Positions 61,879 to 64,000 of a stretch of DNA of 64,000 bases are shown in pieces. The position numbers were made by a program, and so were the translations under genes. The DNA is from Botryllus schlosseri (taxonomy: Eukaryota): assembly GCA_051294905.1 (NCBI GenBank), contig CM119376.1, positions 15,252,001 through 15,316,000 of the forward strand, written 5' to 3'. Within the stretch, counting starts at the first letter, position 1. Each line of letters begins with the position of its first letter. Below the pieces are notes generated by a model that made no database searches, was not told where the DNA came from, and saw nothing but the letters and a program-made list of their open reading frames with translations.

Positions 61879-63759
61879 TACAATATAGGGTTCATGGTCT
61901 ACTTTTGGCGTACGTCACAGTGATGTAAGTGTTATACAAAACTGTTCAAAATTAGCCTACAATTCGTTTCGGACAAGATAGATGTGAAAGCTAGAGACTT
62001 TTAGGGTGTCGTCATACTACGTTTCGGTAACATTGTATATCCGGTAAACATTTATCGAAATCACTGAATACGAACGTAACCCCTCTGGTGTGAATGTAAT
62101 ATTTTCCGTAGATATTTTCGAAATATGTGCAATATGAACGTAGGTGGTGCCGTACTCATTTCACCAAACTGTCAATCATCTCTTGCTTTTCAAAAACGCG
62201 CTGTTCATATTGACTTACGGTACTGGTACTGCTGGTATCTTTTCAGGACGACAGTTGATATAAGCGATGATCATGACACTCGATGTGGCTCATTATTTGT
62301 TATTTTGATTGCTCATGATATTTTTGTAATAAAACAACGAAATGTCTGGCAATGATAATGTTCAGCAGTGGAGAACGAGAGGGGGATGAAGTTACTACTC
62401 CAAGTCGTTTCGGCACCTTCCTGTCTTTTCATTTTATCGCAGTTTTGTGGTATTTTGAAATAATTAAAATATTAATAAAACTTATACTGATACTGAAGTT
62501 GCATCCTCGAATAATTTTGAATTCTTCGCGAATTGATTTTTTGAGCCTTGCGATAGTTTTCAAATAATATTCTACAATTTTCTCTCCCCATTTTGACATT
62601 ACAATTAACGTTACAAGAAACCACTATGCAGTAGCCTATACAAGAGAGGTATCGTATATATTACAGTAACCGGAGTATGGCATAAATTTTCGAAAATAAC
62701 AACAAATTCAACAATCAATTATATGACAAATAGCTTCAACAAAACCAAGCAACAAGGATCACTTGATTTTGATATCCCCTTGTAATCAGATCTTTACTGG
62801 GATTAATAGTGCCTACATCAAGCCATCTCTTGGTTGGGTGACCTTCTCAAAAACAAACAGTTTGTTCTTCCTCCATCCATCATTTTCAAAAGGCAATATA
62901 TTGTATCGACTTGGCGTTATAACACTACCCCGAATCGCAACCTTGCAGCTGTAACGCTCTGTAACACCTCCAGTCGGTAGTTTCGTAACACTAGAAAGCC
63001 ATGTTCACACTGAAGCAAATTTACCATATATTTACCGTAAGAAAGCTCAATGTGAATGAAAGTATTTCGAAAACCGCCTTCAGTATGAACAAAATCGTTT
63101 TCGTAAATATTTCGGTGAATTATAAACAGTGTGAACAGTGTTGGTTACGGTAACTGTTTCGGAATCGGTTCAGAAACTCCATAGTGTGAAGACACCCTTA
63201 AACAAACCTCGTTAGATTCCGGCAGTGCAGCGACATTTGGCAGTAAAAAACAAGCTGTAGCAAATTTCTTTCAAAGGATACCGAGCAATCACAATCATAG
63301 TTTAGTGGTCGTTAACAGGACTTACCGAGCTTGCAGAAACTTCAATAGTATTTACAATACATCATATTATGAGGTTTCTAGCATTACAACAAAGTTCCAT
63401 GCATTTTCCGTAATTATATTTAATTGAAATTTGGTTTTTGACGGCACACCGGTCCGCAACATTTGCTATGACGTTTTACCGGTCCGCGTGGTTAAAAAGG
63501 TTGAGAACCAGTGGTCTAAACTACGGGCTATTTATTACGGTGAGGGCCCATACCATGCCATTTTATGAAATGAGGTGTTCGGGTAAACAAAAGATTGTAA
63601 TAGCTTTTCCGTGGCCAAACTGTCATTTGGATCCCATGATGCGGTCGAGTGCTTATGCCGTCGAACTTTATACCTCCTGGGATGCACCAATATGAATCAA
63701 GCTCTCTGCAACTCCCGCATAGCTAAATTTGCAGCTTTTGACAGTCTGTGTGAACGTAT

Positions 63760-63914
63760 ATTATGACTGTTTTCACAACTACTTAGTTACTCGAGTATAT
63801 TTAAAGCTAGTATGTTGGATTACTCTTAAAAGGACTACTTCTACTCGCACTAGAGTAGTTTTTTGTCGCTACTTCTACTTGAGTAACTTTCTTGACTACT
63901 TTGACCATACCTCT
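63760..63914. repeat. CTACT/GAGTAG-array repeat family (also about 50023-50190, 59960-60110, 30925-31075 and 32450-32575)
   Basis: Recurrent CTACTT/GAGTAG units; end TTGACTACTTTGACCATACCTCTG is near-complementary to GGTGGTCAAAGTAGTCAAG at about 50026. Confidence 0.6.
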
Positions 63915-64000
63915 GCATTTTGTGTTTCAGCGTGTATTGTAGGCTATATACTTTGTAGGATACTATACAGCAGGGCCGGCCAACCCGTAGCCCGCGGGCC

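Overview
Eukaryotic, AT-rich, intron-containing animal DNA dense in non-autonomous hAT elements (MITEs); the gene and repeat style best fits an invertebrate chordate such as an ascidian (inference, not a database result). Three protein-coding genes are supported, all on the minus strand. (1) The 5' part of a class A peptide-receptor-like GPCR (somatostatin/opioid/chemokine-receptor-like; TM1 exon ending 3763, TM2-TM3 exon 2336-2498), which runs off the left edge. (2) A near-complete GTF3C4/TFIIIC90 orthologue (about 26823-34472, 9 exons reconstructed). (3) A paralogous GPCR (44339-49413, 8 exons, 438 aa as reconstructed) whose second extracellular loop is expanded by a Cys-rich, acidic, Tyr-rich cassette exon. 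A young 5'-truncated L1/Tx1-type retrotransposon (about 5030-8226, two frameshifts, no internal stops) is nested inside a hAT MITE just upstream of the first GPCR. Many hAT elements with 8-bp target-site duplications (TSDs) were delimited by eye, including a three-level nest at 54120-56677. Most short ORFs in the supplied track are antisense, intronic or repeat-derived. No tRNA, rRNA or CRISPR array was seen. All exon models come from hand reading of splice signals and from family motifs recalled from memory; none was checked by a search.
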